Assembly: GCA_963719515.1 (NCBI GenBank)
Contig: CAVRCJ010000001.1
Span: 64,001-128,000, forward strand
Direction: 5' to 3'
Origin: an uncultured cyanobacterium
GTDB lineage: Bacteria; Cyanobacteriota; Cyanobacteriia; CAKZMO01
DNA length: 64,000 bases
The notes under the pieces are model-generated. The model made no database searches. It was not told the origin of the DNA and was given only the letters and a program-made list of their open reading frames with translations. Numbering within the stretch: position 1 is the first letter of the stretch; every line of letters starts with the position of its first letter. Position numbers and translations under genes: made by a program. This document shows positions 19,655-32,064 of this stretch, in pieces.

Positions 19655-21040
19655 ATGAACAGGGGGGATCCTTTGGCTACTCGAATTGTTTTAGTGCGTC
19701 ACGGGGAAAGCACGTTTAATACCCAGCGCCGCGTCCAAGGGCATTGTGACGACTCCACGCTGACGGAGACGGGGCGGATTGGCGCGCGGCAGGTGGGCGC
19801 TACGCTGTGCGACCTCCCCGTTGACGCCGTCTACAGTAGCCCGCTGCGCCGGGCAAGGACAACAGCTGATCTGCTGCTGGAGTCGTTCTCCGCCGCGCCG
19901 CCGGTAGAAACCAGCCCGCTGCTGCTGGAGGTGAATCTGCCTGCCTGGGAAAGACTGACCTTCCAAGAGATAGAAGAGCGGTTTCCAGAGGGCTACCGCC
20001 TTTGGAAAGCCCGCCCCCACGAGTTCCGCATGGATATTCCTTCTCCTGAGGGAGACATTGAGCATTATCCGGTAAGAGCGCTGTATCGGCAGGCCAGCCA
20101 GTTTTGGCGGTCTGTGCTTCCCCATCACCCCAACGAGACCATTGTGGTTGTGGGGCATAGCGGCATCAACCGGGCTCTGATTCAGACCGCCATGGGTTTA
20201 GGGCCAGAGGCCTATAGCCGCTTCTATATTTCCAACTGCGGCATCAGCATTCTCAACGTGGCTGGCAATAGCGCTGACGATGGTGCGACCGAGAGCGGTG
20301 GTCTAGCCGGCGTGCAGCTAGAATCGCTCAACGTTGTGTCCCATCTGGGCAACACCTATCCACCCGTGCGCTCGGGCCACGTGGGCCCTCGTCTGCTGCT
20401 GGTGCGCCACGGAGAAACCGACTGGAACCGGGATAAGCGCTTCCAGGGGCAAATCGACATCCCCCTCAACGACAATGGACGGCAGCAGGCTACCTACTGC
20501 GCCGACTTTCTCAAGGCGGCTCAAATCGATCGAGCGGTCAGTAGCTCGATGTCTCGCCCCAGAGAAACCGCTGAGATTATCCTCAAGCCTCACATCGGCG
20601 TTCCCCTGTCCACGATGGACGGCCTGCGGGAAATTGGCCATGGCCTTTGGGAAGGGCAGCTAGAGCCCGATATTGACCAGGCGTATCCGGGACTGCTGCA
20701 GCAGTGGAAGGACAAACCGGAAACCGTGCAGATGCCCGAGGGGGAAAATTTGCAGCAGGTGTGGGACCGGGCGATCGCCGCCTGGAGCGCCATCGTCACA
20801 GCCGCTGCCCCTGGAGAGGTGATTTTGGTGACGGCCCACGACGCGGTCAACAAAGCGCTGCTGTGCCATCTGGCAGGCCTGGGGCCAGAGCACTTTTGGA
20901 CCTTTAAGCAAGGCAACGGGGCGGTGAGCGTTATCGATTACCCCAGCGGCCCGGATGGCCCTCCTCTGCTGCAGTCCATTAACATCACGACCTTTCTCGG
21001 CGCGGGGGTGTTGGACAAGACAGCGGCGGGGGCGCTCTGA
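19655..21040 (+). CDS. Tandem-domain histidine phosphatase (phosphoglycerate mutase family, probable phosphoserine phosphatase)
   Basis: Two RHG motifs (LVRHGES, LVRHGET); start may lie a few codons downstream. Confidence 0.85.
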   Translation: MNRGDPLATRIVLVRHGESTFNTQRRVQGHCDDSTLTETGRIGARQVGATLCDLPVDAVYSSPLRRARTTADLLLESFSAAPPVETSPLLLEVNLPAWERLTFQEIEERFPEGYRLWKARPHEFRMDIPSPEGDIEHYPVRALYRQASQFWRSVLPHHPNETIVVVGHSGINRALIQTAMGLGPEAYSRFYISNCGISILNVAGNSADDGATESGGLAGVQLESLNVVSHLGNTYPPVRSGHVGPRLLLVRHGETDWNRDKRFQGQIDIPLNDNGRQQATYCADFLKAAQIDRAVSSSMSRPRETAEIILKPHIGVPLSTMDGLREIGHGLWEGQLEPDIDQAYPGLLQQWKDKPETVQMPEGENLQQVWDRAIAAWSAIVTAAAPGEVILVTAHDAVNKALLCHLAGLGPEHFWTFKQGNGAVSVIDYPSGPDGPPLLQSINITTFLGAGVLDKTAAGAL

Positions 21041-21047
21041 TACGCCT

Positions 21048-22367
21048 ATGGGCGATCTGTCTCTAGCTGACCCGTCTTCAACCTACCTCCTGCGTCAGGT
21101 CCGCGTCCTCGATCCACTCACCCAGAGCGATCGCGTTGCCGACGTGCTGATTGTCGCCAACAAAATTCGCGCCCTAGAAGCCTCTATAGAGACGCTGCCG
21201 GACGACGTTGATGCGAACGCAGTCCAGTCTGTGAGTCGCCCTGGGGCCGTACTGGGGCCGGGGCTTGTCGATCTGTATAGCCACGCCAGCGAGCCAGGCT
21301 TTGAGCCAAGAGAAACGATCGCGACGCTGACCCAATCGGCGGTGCGGGGGGGCTTCACCCGCCTGGCTATTTTGCCCGCTACGCAGCCCGTGGTGGACAA
21401 CGCCGCCCTGCTGCGGCAGCTGCGGGCCGAGTTCGCCGCCGCCTGCCCTGCGCTGGCGGTGAGCTTTTGGGGGGCGCTGACGCTCAGCCTCGCGGGGAAA
21501 CAGCTCACCGACCTGGGAGACCTCAAGGCCGCAGCTGCAGCTGGCTTCACTGACGCTAGAGCTTTGCCGTCGCACATTCTTTACCCAGCCCTCGACTATG
21601 CCCAAGCCCTGGGCAAGCCCGTCGGCGTTTCTCTCTGCCGCTCACCCCATCCGATCCGCGACGGGGCGATGGCGCTGCGGTTAGGGTTGCCCAGCGCGCC
21701 TCACACCGATGAAACGGGACCTTTAGCGGCCTTGATAGAGCAGGTCAAGATCGCCCCAACGCCGGTACATGTCATGCGCCTCTCTACCGCTCGGGGGGTT
21801 GCCCTGGTGGCGCGGGCGAAAGCGGATGGCCTGCCGGTCAGCGCTAGCACAACGTGGATTCATCTATTGCAGGATACGACTCACCTCACCGCCTATGATC
21901 CGAACCTCCGGGTCCACCCTCCTCTGGGCAACCCAGACGACCGGGAAGCTCTGATAGACGGCGTCGTCGATGGCACCATCGACGCGATCGCCATCGACCA
22001 CTGCCCACACCCCTACGAGGAGAAGACCGTCGCTTTTGCCGAATCGCCTCCCGGCGTCACTGGATTGCAGGTCGCGCTGCCGCTGCTTTGGTCGCATCTG
22101 GTGGAAACCAATCGGGTGAGCGCCTTAGCCCTATGGCGCGCCCTCAGCGCCCATCCCGCCCACTGCCTACAGCAGTCGCCCCCTCAAATAGCCCTAGGCC
22201 AGGTCGCTGAGCTAACTTTGTTTGACCCCGCAGACTCCTGGGATGCTACGCCCGAAGCGATCGCCTCCCTCTCCCGAAACTTCCCCTGGCTGAACAAAAC
22301 TATTGCGGGTCGGGTAGTGGGTCTGTGGACCCCCACGATGCCGCCAAAACTCTCCGCTAAGCAATAG
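21048..22367 (+). CDS. pyrC: Dihydroorotase-like protein (possibly non-catalytic)
   Basis: PGLVDLYSH, GGFT, PPLG, AIDHCPH..EK...F...PPG; first metal His of HxH replaced. Confidence 0.8.
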   Translation: MGDLSLADPSSTYLLRQVRVLDPLTQSDRVADVLIVANKIRALEASIETLPDDVDANAVQSVSRPGAVLGPGLVDLYSHASEPGFEPRETIATLTQSAVRGGFTRLAILPATQPVVDNAALLRQLRAEFAAACPALAVSFWGALTLSLAGKQLTDLGDLKAAAAAGFTDARALPSHILYPALDYAQALGKPVGVSLCRSPHPIRDGAMALRLGLPSAPHTDETGPLAALIEQVKIAPTPVHVMRLSTARGVALVARAKADGLPVSASTTWIHLLQDTTHLTAYDPNLRVHPPLGNPDDREALIDGVVDGTIDAIAIDHCPHPYEEKTVAFAESPPGVTGLQVALPLLWSHLVETNRVSALALWRALSAHPAHCLQQSPPQIALGQVAELTLFDPADSWDATPEAIASLSRNFPWLNKTIAGRVVGLWTPTMPPKLSAKQ

Positions 22368-24626
22368 GGCTGCCCTCTGACAGCACGGGGCTGCTTTCCG
22401 GAATCATCAGGCGGAAGCTGGTCCTTCCCTGCTGACTGTAGACCTGAACGGTGCCTTCGAGCTGGTGCGTTAGCTGCTTGACAAGCGCCAAGCCAAGGCC
22501 GGTACCGCCTTTTTGCCAGAGGGTGTTGTTTTGCACTCGGTAGAACTTATCAAACACGTAGGGCAGGTGACTGGCAGAAATCTCGACGCCGGAATTTGTC
22601 ACCTGGAGCTGAAGCGTTCGGTCTATCATCCGCACAGTGACCAGAATAGTCTCTCCTGGAGGGGTGTATTTGTAGGCGTTGTCCAACAGCTCTGTCAGAA
22701 TGCGGTGAACCGCCGTGACGTCAGTTCTAAAGGGGGTTAGCGGACTGAGGCAGCGGAACTGCAGCGTCTGCTGTCGGGTCTGCATGCGCTCTTCAAAAGA
22801 TTGAGTGATGCCCGCTAGCCATGACTCTAAATTGATGAGACCAATGCTGGGAGACGGTGCGCCGGAGTCGAGACGCTGCAGGTCTAGAAGATCGTTGATT
22901 AAGCTAATCTCGCGATCGCACTCGCCGCTGAGAATTTGCAGATATTGCTGGACCTTGCTTGTGGTGGAGGGCATTGATACGGATTTCGAGCCCTCTGCTG
23001 GCGGCGCGCTGACGGGCTGGCGCTCTGCCGAGGCATCATCCTGCAGCTTTTCGAAGGACATGGTCAGCATCTGAATGGCCATCTTCATGTTGGTGACCGG
23101 GGACCTAAGTTCGTGGGATACGGCGCTCAGGAAGTCATCCTTCTGCTGATGCAGGCTCTCTAAGACCTCGACCTGGTTTTGGGCCGCTTTGTGGAGATGG
23201 ACCTGCCGAATGGCGATCGCACATTGATCGGCAGCATGCTGCACCAGGGCAACTTCCTGGGGGGACACATATTGAACCTCACGGTCGGCAGGCCAAAACA
23301 ACCAGAGATCGCCCAGGAGCCCCTGGCTGCTGACGATGGGGCAAGCGAGGACAAGCTGCCAGCCAAGGCTGGGATGCCGATGGCACAGCTGAACGGCCTG
23401 GCATTCTGAAAGTCGGGGATAGACCGACTGAATAATGGGCGCAGATCTCAAATTAAGCTTGCTTTCACTTTGAGATTCGACCCCTGTAGGGATGTATTCA
23501 CAAGCCGTAGCGCCATTGTCTTCTAGCGTATCGATGGTGTGTAGCGTTGCGCTGCCATAGCTGAGCCCCAGACCTTTTCCCAGCTCCCCGATCACCGTTT
23601 TGAGAATCTGCGCATCTTCAGCGCTATCTCGGATGCTATCGGTGATCCGTTTAAGCAAGGTGTTAAAGTCAAACATCTGCTGCAGCTGCGCTGTCCGCCG
23701 CTCAACTAGTTGCCCTAGACCTACGTGCCGCTCTTCTTGAGGCACTTTTTGGAAATAAATTGCCAGCCCCGCCCGGTGAGTGTAGCAGCGATACTCGAAC
23801 CAACAGTCAGTCTTAGGGCAATAGTCCTCAAAAACAATTCCATGTCCTTTCTGCGGACCTTCTGGCCGGTCACGCCGGACGCGAAAAGGCAAATCCACCA
23901 GGCAGGGAAAGACTTCCCAAACAGGATGTCCAATCAGACGCGATCGCGATTGGGACAAGCAGCTGCTCAGCGTGATCGTTGACGTAGGTAAACCGCCACT
24001 CGGCGTCGAGGTTAAAAAAGCCGTCCGCAATGCTCTCCAAGATGTCGCTATCTTGATGGTGGCTTGGTCTAAAGCCTCTGCTACGTCCGTGAGAGATGGT
24101 TTACCCCGATAGTTTTGATCGCCCAGCGTATCTTGGGTGATGGGGCTCCGCCTCGGCCCAGCTTTGCTTTCCGTAGCCTGCTGGTACGCACCCCTGAAGG
24201 CTCTGTGGGTGCGCCGCTACCGTGCAGCTGCGGGCGTTGACAAGCGCCAAATGGTGCTTGAGTCTCACCGACACCTCATCTGCGGAGAACGGCGCTGCAA
24301 TATAGTCCGCTGCCCCCGCCGTAAATGAGGCAGCTTCGCTGGACGGATCGTCGGAGAGTCGATAAAGATGACGGGGATCTTGCAGGTCAAGGGGCTGTGT
24401 TTGAGCCGTTGGCATAGTGCGTGGCCGTCGCTATTTGAGGCCCTTGCGTCTAGCAGAATTAGATCGGGAGCGATCGCTTCTAGTTGCGTCATCGCCTCAT
24501 GACTGCTGACGCTCTAGAGATTGTGTGGCCGAGGGTCTCGAGTATGGAGAGTAGGGGATCAGCTTGGACTGAGTCGCCAATAGCTAAAAAGCTACCGCTC
24601 AGGGATTCGGAGGGGATCAGGCTCAT
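22357..24626 (-). CDS. Hybrid sensor histidine kinase (REC-PAS-GAF-HisKA-HATPase) with several 5' frameshifts
   Basis: PDLILLD and GAADYIAAPF receiver pieces in different frames; SHELRSP H box, NAYKYT, FDKFYR, GTGLGL. Confidence 0.8.
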
Positions 24627-24968
24627 CACTTGGGTACACACGGTCAGTAAATGGGTGTTGACGCTCTCGGCGATTGAGAAGACAGGGTGGCCTAACTGAA
24701 AAACTAGCTGAACAAAGGGGGGGCGCTGAAGGCTCGTAGGGTGCGGCGTTGGTGAAGCGGGTGTGTTGTTAAAAATATATTACATCTGGGTATGCTTAGA
24801 ATGACGCAACGGATACATCGTCTGTGGCCATCCAGCGGTCATCCCACAGCCTTTGATAGGTCTGCGCCAGAGTCTAGATGACTGTGGCGTCAGCCAGAAA
24901 CGAGGCTGGGAGCGGCGGCTGCCCCTAGCCGCGAAGAGACACCGTGGTTCCGACAGTGACGAAGCTGA

Positions 24969-25190
24969 CTAACCGCATCCTGGGCGGTGGTCAGATAGGT
25001 TACAGGTCGGTAGGGGGTCAAACCACGTATTACCCGATACAGCGTTGGGAGAAGAGATCGGAATAATACCGGGAAACTGCTGCGTCAACTGCCCAAACAG
25101 AGTAACTAGTACGCTGAGAGAGGCCACAGTGAGCAGCGCGTGTAGTGCGTGCAATAAGATAACGTTATGCTGCTTACTGGGTAAAGCCAT
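24969..25190 (-). CDS. Small hypothetical membrane protein
   Basis: 73-aa ATG ORF with one hydrophobic segment. Confidence 0.4.
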   Translation of the reverse strand: MALPSKQHNVILLHALHALLTVASLSVLVTLFGQLTQQFPGIIPISSPNAVSGNTWFDPLPTCNLSDHRPGCG

Positions 25191-25528
25191 GCTGTCTTAG
25201 GCAGTGGTGTGCTCCACTCCAACTTAAGAAATCTCAGGGCAGATCACATCAGGTGTCTTACGGAGAGATGCGATGTCACCGGCCCTCTATTACAGCGTTA
25301 CCTATACGAAATTGACCTCTGAAGGCTGGACGCTCGTCAGTCAGCGCAAAAGGCTACTGCGCAAAAATACTGATCTTAGGCCGCTATCTGCATTGGGCTC
25401 TTGCATTGTTCAAGGAATTTAGGCAACCTAAGGGCAGGTAGAATTAGAGCCTTCTTTCGAGGCCCGATGCTCTCGCTGAGTGAGCCCTGTTCCGCTACGC
25501 CATACTTGGTCATGAGGAGAGCCCGAAG

Positions 25529-27076
25529 ATGGTACTGCTATTTCGACGGACTGTATTTGCTGGTGCGTTTGTTTTCGCGATTTTAGGAGCCTCAGCTCGC
25601 GTAGCTGCTGCTCAGCTCGATCCGGCGGCAGATCTCCTGCTCGCAGAGCGCATGTCGGAGTTTGGTAGCACCACCATCGACCTCGAAGGCAGCGTCCCGC
25701 AGAGCAGTCAGACAATCGCCGATATCCAGGTGCAGTTCGTGAATGACGAGCAGCCTGTTGAGGGAAGAACGCGAGACCACATCATTCTTCAAGAGTTCGA
25801 CTTTGAGGTGGGCGATCGCTACGACGCCGCTCTGGCCGAGCGGGGCCTTCAGCGCATCAACAACTTGGACATTGTCAGCAGCGCGACCCTCTCCCTAGAG
25901 CCTACCGAAGATCCTACCCAGGTGGTGATGGTGGTGACGGTAGATGAAGCCAGTCCCTTCCCGATTGCCTTCGGCCTAACAATTCCCCATCCATCCGCTC
26001 TGCAAGGGGTTACGGTTCCCGACGCGGTTCTTCCGGGCACCGACCGCAAAGGGGGAACGCTGCTGAGCTTTCGCACTGAGCTATCCAACCTCGGCGGCAA
26101 TAATCAAACGGCGGCGCTGGGTATTGAAGGGGGCGAAAATACCTTCAACTACAGCGTGAGCTTCACCGATCCCTGGATTGGCGGCGACCCACACCGCACC
26201 GGATACTCGGTTAACTTTTTCAACAGCCGGGAGGTGCCGACGGTGTTCGACGGCGGGAACGAGGTAGAGCTCTCCAACGACCGCGACCCCTGGGTACACC
26301 GCCTCGGCGGCGGCGTTGAATTTTTCCGGCCCCTCTCCTCAGAGCTCGCGCTGGCGGCAGGGGTCTCGTTTCAGCGAGTCTCGGTGCGCGATAGCCTCAC
26401 CACCACCGATATCTTCACTGAAGATGAGCTGGGCAACGAACTCACGTTTAGCGACGAAGGGCGCGACAGCCTGCTCACCACTAGCTTTTCGGGCTCCTTG
26501 GACCGGCGCAACGATCGCCGCTACCCCACTGACGGCTACCGGCTACTCTTTCGTACTGACCAGTATTTCCCCGTCGGCGAGTCGAGCATTTTGGGCAACC
26601 GGCTGGCGGCCAACTACATTCACTACCTGCCCGTACCGCTGTTCGGGTTTGACGACGGCCCCCGCACGCTAATTCTCAACGTCCAGGGCGGAACGTTTAT
26701 TGGCGACCTGCCGCCCTATGAGGCATTTGCACTAGGTGGCGGCACCTCCGTGCGCGGCTACGACGCAGGAGAGATTGGCTCGGGGCGTAGCTTTGTGCAG
26801 GCTACGGCTGAGTATCGATTCCCCATTTTCGGCTTCGTCGCCTTTCAAGAGGAGGTCGATATCGGGGGGGCTCTGTTTGTGGACTACGTCACCGATTTAG
26901 GTTCTGGTGACACGGTGCGAGGGGAGCCTGCCGAGGCGCGAGATAAGCCGGGGGAGGGCCTGGGATTTGGCGTGGGGCTACGCGCCTTGACGCCCATTGG
27001 CCCTGCCCGGCTGGAGCTGGGAATTAACGACGATGGCGAGAGTGAGGTGATTTTCACCATTGGCGATCGCTTCTAG
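25529..27076 (+). CDS. Omp85/BamA-TamA family outer-membrane protein with a single POTRA-like domain
   Basis: Signal peptide, GRTRDHIILQEF POTRA-like segment, GGGTSVRGY, terminal IGDRF. Confidence 0.9.
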   Translation: MVLLFRRTVFAGAFVFAILGASARVAAAQLDPAADLLLAERMSEFGSTTIDLEGSVPQSSQTIADIQVQFVNDEQPVEGRTRDHIILQEFDFEVGDRYDAALAERGLQRINNLDIVSSATLSLEPTEDPTQVVMVVTVDEASPFPIAFGLTIPHPSALQGVTVPDAVLPGTDRKGGTLLSFRTELSNLGGNNQTAALGIEGGENTFNYSVSFTDPWIGGDPHRTGYSVNFFNSREVPTVFDGGNEVELSNDRDPWVHRLGGGVEFFRPLSSELALAAGVSFQRVSVRDSLTTTDIFTEDELGNELTFSDEGRDSLLTTSFSGSLDRRNDRRYPTDGYRLLFRTDQYFPVGESSILGNRLAANYIHYLPVPLFGFDDGPRTLILNVQGGTFIGDLPPYEAFALGGGTSVRGYDAGEIGSGRSFVQATAEYRFPIFGFVAFQEEVDIGGALFVDYVTDLGSGDTVRGEPAEARDKPGEGLGFGVGLRALTPIGPARLELGINDDGESEVIFTIGDRF

Positions 27077-27136
27077 AAAAATTCCAATGGCTTGACACTG
27101 CTCTAGCCTTGAGGGGGCCAGGCTACGATGCTGAGC

Positions 27137-27355
27137 TTACTTGTTGCCCAAGCCCTCGAAGAATTCCTCTTCGAAGCGGCCCTCTAGCTTGTTGCCCAAG
27201 CCCTCGAAGAATTCTTCCTCGAAGCGGCCCTCTAGCTTGTTGCCCAAGCCCTCGAAGAATTCCTCTTCGAAGCGGCCCTCTAGGGCTAGAACCGGCGTCG
27301 CCGAAAGCGCCAGTAATGATAGCGTCGACAGTACGATAGTGATTAAGCGTTTCAT
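27137..27355 (-). CDS. Secreted peptide: signal peptide plus 3 x LEGRFEEEFFEGLGNK
   Basis: AGGAGG Shine-Dalgarno upstream, Sec-type signal ending VLA, three in-frame 48-nt repeats with only synonymous differences. Confidence 0.8.
   Translation of the reverse strand: MKRLITIVLSTLSLLALSATPVLALEGRFEEEFFEGLGNKLEGRFEEEFFEGLGNKLEGRFEEEFFEGLGNK
27140..27283. repeat. 48-nt tandem repeat x3 (coding)
   Basis: Units 27140-27187, 27188-27235, 27236-27283. Confidence 0.95.
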
Positions 27356-27792
27356 GGTCTTGCCTCCTGATTCAGTAGCGTAAATGAGGGGTCTACTAAG
27401 CTGAGAGCAGAAGCAGGCGTTGGGATTGAGGTGAAGGGGTTTGCTGATCTACCCTCGACAGATTCACTATCCCACTCGAATGTGAGGATTCCCTGACGAA
27501 ATTTTGAGAGGATTCTGAGGAGAGGCTGAGAGCACTCTGAGAGGCCCGTGCTTCTACGGGAATGCCCTGTATCCTGGAAGATAGGGCTAAGCGACCCTTT
27601 TGCCGCGCCTTCAAACGTAATGGTGCCGTTGGCCAAAGAGAGCACGTTTTCTACACCTGCGCCAACGCAGAAGCAATGCAAAACCGAACCTAGTCAGCGC
27701 TTTCCATCGGGAAGTCCCTGGAAAAAAGCAGACTGTTTCTGAAAAAGAAATGCCGGTAGAAAAACCCTTATTGACGCTCAGTAAAGCCTAAG

Positions 27793-28410
27793 ATGCAGAA
27801 AAGATTCAGCCGTTTTCTTATCCTCACGTTAGTTGTTTTCATCAGCATCAGCTGGACGCTATCGACCCAAGCTCAGACCAATAACTTAGATAAGGCCACG
27901 TTTGCGGGAGGGTGCTTTTGGTGCATGGAGAAACCCTTTGAAGAGCTCTCTGGCGTAGTTGAAACAATTTCCGGCTACACGGGCGGCACCACCCCAAACC
28001 CAAGCTACGAGCAAGTGTCTTCAGGCACCACAGGACATATTGAATCGGTCCAGGTAACCTACGACCCGCAGCAGGTCAGCTATCCTGAGCTGCTGGAGGT
28101 CTATTGGCGCAATGTTGACCCGCTGGACGATGGGGGACAATTCTGCGATCGCGGTGAACAGTACGAAACGAAGATTTTCTACCACGACGAGGAGCAGCAG
28201 CAGCTCGCCGAGGCGTCCAAAGCCGCTGCCGCTGAGGAGATCGGACAGGCCCTAGTCACCGAAATCATCCCGGCGTCTACTTTTTACAGGGCGGAAGACT
28301 ACCATCAAAACTACTACCGCACTCACCCCATCCGCTACCGCGCCTATCGGTTCGCCTGCGGACGCGATCGCCGTCTAGAGGAGGTGTGGGGCAGCGCGCC
28401 ATCCCATTAA
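27793..28410 (+). CDS. msrA: Peptide methionine sulfoxide reductase A with signal peptide
   Basis: FAGGCFWC, GYTGG, TGHIE, AEDYHQNYY. Confidence 0.95.
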   Translation: MQKRFSRFLILTLVVFISISWTLSTQAQTNNLDKATFAGGCFWCMEKPFEELSGVVETISGYTGGTTPNPSYEQVSSGTTGHIESVQVTYDPQQVSYPELLEVYWRNVDPLDDGGQFCDRGEQYETKIFYHDEEQQQLAEASKAAAAEEIGQALVTEIIPASTFYRAEDYHQNYYRTHPIRYRAYRFACGRDRRLEEVWGSAPSH

Positions 28411-28458
28411 TCTAGCTCTGGAATATAGCGTTGAAAAATAACGCTGTTCTACATACCC

Positions 28459-28496
28459 AAAGCGCGATCGCCTAAAGGAAGGGGCGATCGCGCTTT
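28459..28496. terminator. HIP1-containing hairpin between convergent msrA and gloA
   Basis: AAAGCGCGATCGCC...GGCGATCGCGCTTT. Confidence 0.6.
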
Positions 28497-28656
28497 GGGT
28501 GATATTCAAGACTCGGAGAGTAAAGCCAGTAAGCCAGTCCACCGCGTAGGAGGGTGACTTACTGACCTGCATAGAGTGTTGCAAAGCCTAAGGAACCTTC
28601 CTGTAACGTTATACGCGCGGCGCGGCTATCGTCCGGACCCTATCGATTTTGACTGG

Positions 28657-29085
28657 CTAACTCGCGATCGCCTCGCGATCTTTGGGCTGGGCTGAGCCCT
28701 GGGTTCCCAGCTGAATGAGCTCAATTTTGTAGCCCGTTGGGTCTTGGACAAACGCGATTACCGTAGAGCCATGCTTCATGGGGCCTGGCTCGCGGACCAC
28801 TTTCCCGCCCTGGGCCTTGATCTGGCTGCAGGTTTCATAGATATCGTCGACGCCCAAGGCAATATGGCCATAGGCGTCTCCTAGGTCGTAGCTCTCGGTG
28901 CCCCAGTTGTAGGTCAGCTCGATAACCGTATGGTCTGACTCGTCGCCGTAGCCCACAAAGGCGAGGGTAAATTCGCCGCCGGGGTAGTCCTTTTTGCGCA
29001 GCAGCGTCATGCCCAGCACGTCGCAGTAAAACGCGATGGACTCGTCTAAATTTCCAACCCGTAGCATCGTGTGCAGCATTCGCAT
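28657..29085 (-). CDS. gloA: Lactoylglutathione lyase (glyoxalase I)
   Basis: [30 protein letters not shown]. Confidence 0.97.
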   Translation of the reverse strand: MRMLHTMLRVGNLDESIAFYCDVLGMTLLRKKDYPGGEFTLAFVGYGDESDHTVIELTYNWGTESYDLGDAYGHIALGVDDIYETCSQIKAQGGKVVREPGPMKHGSTVIAFVQDPTGYKIELIQLGTQGSAQPKDREAIAS

Positions 29086-29302
29086 TTGTAAGCCTCCTTG
29101 GCGGTCTAAACGTTTTTGTAGGCGCTGTCTTAACTATTACGGCAATCGCTGAGGTCGCTCGCCTCGCGGGCGATCGCGCCTGTCAGCGGACAATTATGAT
29201 CTTACAGTTAAGCCGAGTCGGACGACCTATCGGCCCCAGTGCCCAAGCTGCCAATGGCTGCAGCGATCGCCGCTACCGTTGTTTCCCCAGTCAGAGTGCT
29301 AG

Positions 29303-30694
<1,392 letters not shown>

Positions 30695-31028
30695 GGTAAG
30701 CCATTTAAGCCGTTTAGAGACCCTCTAGGTGCGCCACTCGATTCTGTGGCGCACCTGCAGGGTCTTCAGCTTTTTGGCCATCCCTGAGCGCCCAGTCAAA
30801 AGAAGGAATCTATTACGCAGTGGGGCTGGGATCTGTCTTGAGCATGAGAGACGGCGTCGTTTTTCTCACTACTATTGATTGGATATCAGCGATCGAACTT
30901 CAATCTTTGTTCAGCCAGCTTTCCTCAAAATCCAACTCAAGGAAGGTTAGAACGGGTAGCACTCTACAAAAGCTTGTTCGCTGCACAATCAACTAGGGCA
31001 ACAGCCCCACGCCTAAGAGGTGAAATTT

Positions 31029-31568
31029 ATGACCGCCCGTCGCCCCAAAGAGACACCCCCCGACTCAGTGACCGCTCGAAAGGCAACGCCAGATGAAGTG
31101 GCTTACCGCGATGGCTACCACGAAGGTCAGCAGGCCCAGCGCGCTGACGCTCAGCGCGCCAATGCCAACGCCCAGCGTCAGGTCCAGCGCACCCGCGAAA
31201 CTTCGAACGCGATGAATGGCCTGCTGCTTGGGCTCATCGTCGCTGCTGCCGTCGGTTTACTGATTGGCGCGATCGCCTATCTCAGCCGAACCGACAACAC
31301 GGTGGAGCCGGTGGTGCAGCCTGAAACCGAGGAGCCGTCGTCGAACACCACAATCATCGAGCGGACAATTGAGCGCACGGAGACGGCTGTTCCCGCACCG
31401 TCTGAGATCAATCCGCCTGACCTAAATGTCGAAATCGTTGCGCCTGAACCTCCAGCGCCAGAAGCAACATCAGAATCAGCACCGGAAGCCTCGGAGTCTC
31501 CTGCGCCCGAGCCGCCCGAGGCAGAGCCTGCGCCCGAACCGGTGGTGGAGCCTGCCCCGGTCCAGTAG
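31029..31568 (+). CDS. Single-pass membrane protein with Pro/Glu-rich tail
   Basis: YRDGY motif, TM helix, TTIIERT, PE-rich C-terminus. Confidence 0.75.
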   Translation: MTARRPKETPPDSVTARKATPDEVAYRDGYHEGQQAQRADAQRANANAQRQVQRTRETSNAMNGLLLGLIVAAAVGLLIGAIAYLSRTDNTVEPVVQPETEEPSSNTTIIERTIERTETAVPAPSEINPPDLNVEIVAPEPPAPEATSESAPEASESPAPEPPEAEPAPEPVVEPAPVQ

Positions 31569-31588
31569 ACCGCTGCACTGAGGCCCCT

Positions 31589-31693
31589 CATGCTGGGGCT
31601 GTAGGGGTAGGTTTCGCCGCCGCGAAACGTCGGCTCAAGGATTGCCCAGACTGGGGACCAGTCGGCGGCCTTGATGGGCCGTATCGCTACCAT
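31589..31693 (-). pseudogene. N-terminal remnant of a GNAT acetyltransferase
   Basis: MVAIRPIKAADWSPVWAILEPTFRGGETYPYSP then loses similarity at the neighbouring gene end. Confidence 0.55.
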
Positions 31694-31773
31694 GGGGGGC
31701 TTCCTCAGCCAAAGGGCACCGGATGATATTAGCAGCGATACGGCCCATCTCGCCGGTTCGAGGCGCAGAGGCG

Positions 31774-32064
31774 CTATCGCTGGATGGGGGCGTCTAGGGT
31801 GCGCTGCCGCGTGAGGTAGGCCATCATCTGACCCTGGCTTTGGGTGATCCTGATGCCGTCGGGGCCAACCTTGAAGGGGCCGGCCCACAGGAAGTGCTCG
31901 ACGTAGCGGCGGACGTGGAGCACGTAGATGGCTTCGCGGATGCCTTCGGGAGAGCCGATGAGGATGTGGCGGATGATTTCGCCGTTGGGGTCGGCCTCGG
32001 GGGTGATCAGCACGGGGGGTGCCGCCTCAGGTTGAGACGGCTGCTCGGGGTATAGGAATGTCAT
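31774..32064 (-). CDS. Small hypothetical protein, copy A (RH.LIGSPEGIRE family)
   Basis: Clear paralog of 57208..57486. Confidence 0.85.
   Translation of the reverse strand: MTFLYPEQPSQPEAAPPVLITPEADPNGEIIRHILIGSPEGIREAIYVLHVRRYVEHFLWAGPFKVGPDGIRITQSQGQMMAYLTRQRTLDAPIQR

Noticed and set aside
25231..25269. Additional copy of the 58-bp site
   Set aside because: Only one GTCTTA-N3-AGAGAT unit; companion half-sites are not at the expected spacing
27140..27283. CRISPR array
   Set aside because: Contiguous 48-nt units without spacers, in frame within a CDS, no cas genes
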